The translations under genes were made by a program, and so were the position numbers. From the NCBI GenBank assembly GCA_965217115.1, contig OZ244239.1:1056001-1120000 (forward strand): DNA of 64,000 nt, given 5' to 3'. The stretch comes from Bdellovibrionales bacterium (GTDB lineage Bacteria; Bdellovibrionota; Bdellovibrionia; Bdellovibrionales; CAYMLA01). The notes under the pieces were generated by a model, which had not been told where the DNA came from, made no database searches, and saw nothing but the letters and a program-made list of their open reading frames with translations. How positions within the stretch are numbered: the first letter of the stretch is position 1; each line of letters begins with the position of its first letter. Of the stretch, positions 60,809 to 64,000 are shown piece by piece.

Positions 60809-61842
60809 ATGCCTTAATTCTTGCGGCAGGAAGGGGAGAGCGCTTAAAACCCTACACTCTAAATACTCCCAAACCCTCTATCCCTTTTCTAAATATTCCC
60901 ATGGGGCTGTTTTGTCTAGATTTCTTACAAGGCCTTTCGATCTCAAAAATGGTTATCAACACCCATCATCTGCCAGATAAAATACAACAAACCTTTTCAT
61001 CTTTAAAACAAGAGTATCCTTCTATGGAGTTTTCCCACGAAGAACTTATTTTGGGCGGTGGTGGAGCTTTAAAGAAAAATATTTCTCTGTTCGACAAGAC
61101 CCAACCCATCGTCTGCCTTAATTCTGATAGCTTTATCCTCCATAAAAGAGTTCATTCTCTCGGACAAGAAGTCCTAGAGACACATCAACAAAAAAAATCT
61201 GCCGCGACATTGCTTCTTATTGAACACCCAGAGGCTGGAAAAACACTCAACGCTGCTTGGTGTGATCATCATGGGCGGATATTAGGGTTTGGAAAAAAAC
61301 CTCCTTTAGGGCAGGAGAGTCGTCCTTTTCATTTTGTTGGTCTGCAAATTATTGAGTCAGATTTGATTCATCTCCTACCAGAAGGTGCTTCTAATCTTAT
61401 CACCGATCTTTACAATCCTTTGATTAAAGAGAAAAAAAGCTCTCCTCTTATACAAGGGCATATTCTCACAGAAGCTCTATGGTTTGAAATAGGTCAATTG
61501 CAAGGGTACTTAACCGCGAGTGAACAGATTCTTAATCATCTCTTGCGAGAGAGGGGGTTTTCAATCTTTGATAATATTCTCAAAAAATCTTATCCTCAAT
61601 TAAAAATCAATGGCCATCTCGCAACAGTAGACAACACGCTAGACAACACACTTAATAATTTTGAAGTCCCCTTGTTTTGTGGTTCCCATTCTCTGATAAG
61701 TCCCAGCACTTGCTTCAGTGGATTTGCGATCATAGGAGATAACGTCGTTATCGAGCCCCATTGCTCTATTAAAAACTCTGTGATTGGCCATGGAGTCACT
61801 GTTAAATCAGGAAGTGTCATTGAAGACACACTTGTTTTGTAG
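60805..61842 (+). CDS. murU: MurU-like nucleotidyltransferase with a C-terminal hexapeptide beta-helix
   Basis: ILAAGRGERLKPYTLNTPKP, INTHHL, LGGGGAL, NSD; GTGA overlap with amgK. Confidence 0.8.
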   Translation: MNALILAAGRGERLKPYTLNTPKPSIPFLNIPMGLFCLDFLQGLSISKMVINTHHLPDKIQQTFSSLKQEYPSMEFSHEELILGGGGALKKNISLFDKTQPIVCLNSDSFILHKRVHSLGQEVLETHQQKKSAATLLLIEHPEAGKTLNAAWCDHHGRILGFGKKPPLGQESRPFHFVGLQIIESDLIHLLPEGASNLITDLYNPLIKEKKSSPLIQGHILTEALWFEIGQLQGYLTASEQILNHLLRERGFSIFDNILKKSYPQLKINGHLATVDNTLDNTLNNFEVPLFCGSHSLISPSTCFSGFAIIGDNVVIEPHCSIKNSVIGHGVTVKSGSVIEDTLVL

Positions 61843-61851
61843 GTTTCGTCT

Positions 61852-62994
61852 TTAAGTGATTTTTCCTAAAAGAGTTGATTTCGATGCGCCTGTAAGACGA
61901 CTGTTATCCACCTCTATTTGCCAAAGTCTTAGAGCAGCAAGAAGAGCGAAAGCACCTCCTTCTACGGCATTTAGAGGCCAATCGTATTCGTCAACTTGAT
62001 GAAACGAAACTTCAGGGAGAAGTTCTTTGAGTCTTTGGACAAGAAATTTATTTTTAGCCCCACCGCCACAAAGAACGACTACGTTGGGTAATTCAGGCAA
62101 AAACCTCCTATAGGCTTGCTCAATAGACTGGGCTGTTAAATTTGTTAACGTACAGAGTTTATCAAATTGATTTTTACCTTTCATCATTGCAAAGGCTTTT
62201 TCTAAGAAAACCTCTCCAAACTCTTCGCGTCCGCAACTTTTTGGAGGCTTTTTCTTTAAAAACCTTTCTTTTAAAAGATGCTTCAATGTTTTTTCATCAA
62301 TCTGTCCTTTTCGCGCATGATTGCCACTGCGATCAAAAAACTTTGTCCCCGTTGTTTTTCCCTTAGTTAACCTCTCCATTGCTAAGTCAATGGGCATATT
62401 GGCTGGACCTGTGTCGAATGCAATTTCATTTGACGACGCGCCTTTGCTATCGACATGAAAATAAGTCACGTTAGATATTCCCCCTAGATTATGCACCGCT
62501 ACTCTCTTGTTTTTAAAATAACCAGCAAAAACCTGTTTATGAAACAACGGGGCCAGGGGCGCCCCTTCTCCCCCTGCTGCAATGTCGGCGGCACGAAAGT
62601 CATAAACCACAGGAACCTGAAATTCTTGCCTAAGGTAAGATGGCTCCCCTATTTGCAATGTTCCCCTCTGTTTGTTTTTTTTCTCACCTTGATGGTAAAC
62701 GGTTTGCCCATGGAGACCGATGGCATCAAATCGCCACTTCTTGGCTCTTAAAACCCTCTTTAGACTTTGTGCATAGTTCCGACCAAGATTGTGATGGGTT
62801 TCGACAAGTTCTTCCATTGAGGTTTGGTGTTGCGCTGCTTTTTTTAATTGTTCTTTAAGCTTTTTCGGTAATTTCGTAGATGCCATATCAATGTACTGAA
62901 TGTTTATTTTCTGTGTTTTTGTTTTTATGACCTCACAGAGAACCCAGTCAACACCATCCATACTTGTACCGCTCATCACACCAATAATTCTCAT
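61852..62994 (-). CDS. anmK: anhydro-N-acetylmuramic acid kinase
   Basis: GVMSGTSMDGVD, HGQTVYH, DFRAAD…GGEGAPL, NLGGISN, FDTGPAN, PKSCGREEF. Confidence 0.95.
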   Translation of the reverse strand: MRIIGVMSGTSMDGVDWVLCEVIKTKTQKINIQYIDMASTKLPKKLKEQLKKAAQHQTSMEELVETHHNLGRNYAQSLKRVLRAKKWRFDAIGLHGQTVYHQGEKKNKQRGTLQIGEPSYLRQEFQVPVVYDFRAADIAAGGEGAPLAPLFHKQVFAGYFKNKRVAVHNLGGISNVTYFHVDSKGASSNEIAFDTGPANMPIDLAMERLTKGKTTGTKFFDRSGNHARKGQIDEKTLKHLLKERFLKKKPPKSCGREEFGEVFLEKAFAMMKGKNQFDKLCTLTNLTAQSIEQAYRRFLPELPNVVVLCGGGAKNKFLVQRLKELLPEVSFHQVDEYDWPLNAVEGGAFALLAALRLWQIEVDNSRLTGASKSTLLGKIT

Positions 62995-63074
62995 GGATAA
63001 ACAGTACCATCTCTAGGCAGCGCTGCCAAATAGATGGAAGCTCTAATTCTCTGTTATTTTGTTTTAGTAATTAT

Positions 63075-63998
63075 TTATTTTATAAAGACTCTCTGCCTTT
63101 TTTTAAGGTCATATCGTCGGGTCATCATTTTAAAAATATTATCCCCTGCGACACCGATTTTCAGCCCTTTATGCATGCGGTACATACCAGACACCGTTGC
63201 CAGCTTTCGAGATTTGGTCAAATTCTTTTTCTTATGACGTCCGAGCAAGGCATCTAGCTCTCCATCTATATCATATTCTTCATCGCTCGAAGCGGTGCTC
63301 GAATTTCTGCCAACGCCACTCTCAAAACCCGCTTTATTCACTTTTACGAGGGACTGTGCTATAACTTCTTTAGTTTGTTTTTTCATTTTCTTTAGACTCT
63401 CTTTAGATAATCCTAATTTCGCTCCCAAGCCAGCAGCACTTGAACCTACGGGCAATGTCGAACCATCGGGAAACTTGATTGAACCGTCTTTATTAACGAT
63501 GTAACCCGCTTTTTTAAGATCGTTGAGTCCTTTTATTCCGACCTTATAAGGCTTTAGCCCTTGAACTTCTTCAGGGTATCCATAGACATCTGAAACTCCG
63601 GTCCCATAGTCGCCATAATCACCATCAAACGCCCCACCTGCTATACCTGCTCCAGCTCCTGTTTTATAGTTTTCCCCGCCTTGCAGCAGAGACAACCCCC
63701 CTTGCATCATTTGATAATAACCCATAGCCCTCTGCGCTCCGTTGGTGGGACCAGCAGTATTCACCATGTATTTACCAAGCGCAATCAAAGCACCTCCTGT
63801 GACCATGCCAATCATGCCCGCTTTATTATTTTCTTTTTCAATCTTACTGGCAGACTCTCTTGCGCTTTCCTGTTCTATTTGGTTTTGCTTTTCTCTCTCT
63901 AAACGTTCTCTGTCTGCTTGATCCCTTTGCGCCGTAATTCCACCTTCTGGAGTTCGCCCCACTAAACTTTGACCATAACTGGGACTTGCTTCAAAGAT
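63075..63998 (-). CDS. 5'-truncated, probably exported Gly-rich hypothetical protein
   Basis: Frame stays open to the window end (…IFEASPSYGQSLVGRTPEGG…); Gly-rich hydrophobic segments; C-terminal GVAGDNIFKMMTRRY. Confidence 0.7.
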   Translation of the reverse strand: MFEASPSYGQSLVGRTPEGGITAQRDQADRERLEREKQNQIEQESARESASKIEKENNKAGMIGMVTGGALIALGKYMVNTAGPTNGAQRAMGYYQMMQGGLSLLQGGENYKTGAGAGIAGGAFDGDYGDYGTGVSDVYGYPEEVQGLKPYKVGIKGLNDLKKAGYIVNKDGSIKFPDGSTLPVGSSAAGLGAKLGLSKESLKKMKKQTKEVIAQSLVKVNKAGFESGVGRNSSTASSDEEYDIDGELDALLGRHKKKNLTKSRKLATVSGMYRMHKGLKIGVAGDNIFKMMTRRYDLKKRQRVFIK

Positions 63999-64000
63999 AA

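Overview
This AT-rich 64-kb window is a core chromosomal segment, most likely from a Bdellovibrionota (Bdellovibrio-like) bacterium. That assignment is inferred from gene content and order (RDD-fliW-csrA, PocR-like sigma54 activator next to amgK-murU-anmK, secreted orphan proteins) and was not tested by any search. Most of it is housekeeping: fadD, addAB, the liu leucine-catabolism genes, rnpB, rnhA, a thiamine-type ABC transporter, ddl, gltA, pepP, xseAB-ispA, PBP1A, uvrA, msbA and peptidoglycan recycling genes. I saw no CRISPR array, rRNA, tRNA, transposase, integrase or prophage. The most notable observations are: (1) a flagellar-regulator trio (short flgM, csrA, fliW) with the flgN-flgK-flgL genes usually found between them absent, plus sigma28-like and sigma54-like promoters and CsrA-type GGA arrays that suggest a wired regulatory cascade; (2) an unannotated ~180-nt rod-shaped RNA candidate with its own promoter and U-tract at 45883-46065; (3) a 152-bp REPIN/MITE-like palindromic element; (4) a stand-alone secreted bacteriocin-like precursor; (5) a gamma-glutamyl ligase plus M14 peptidase pair; (6) several apparent pseudo-enzymes and fusions. 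All functional calls come from motif recognition by eye.
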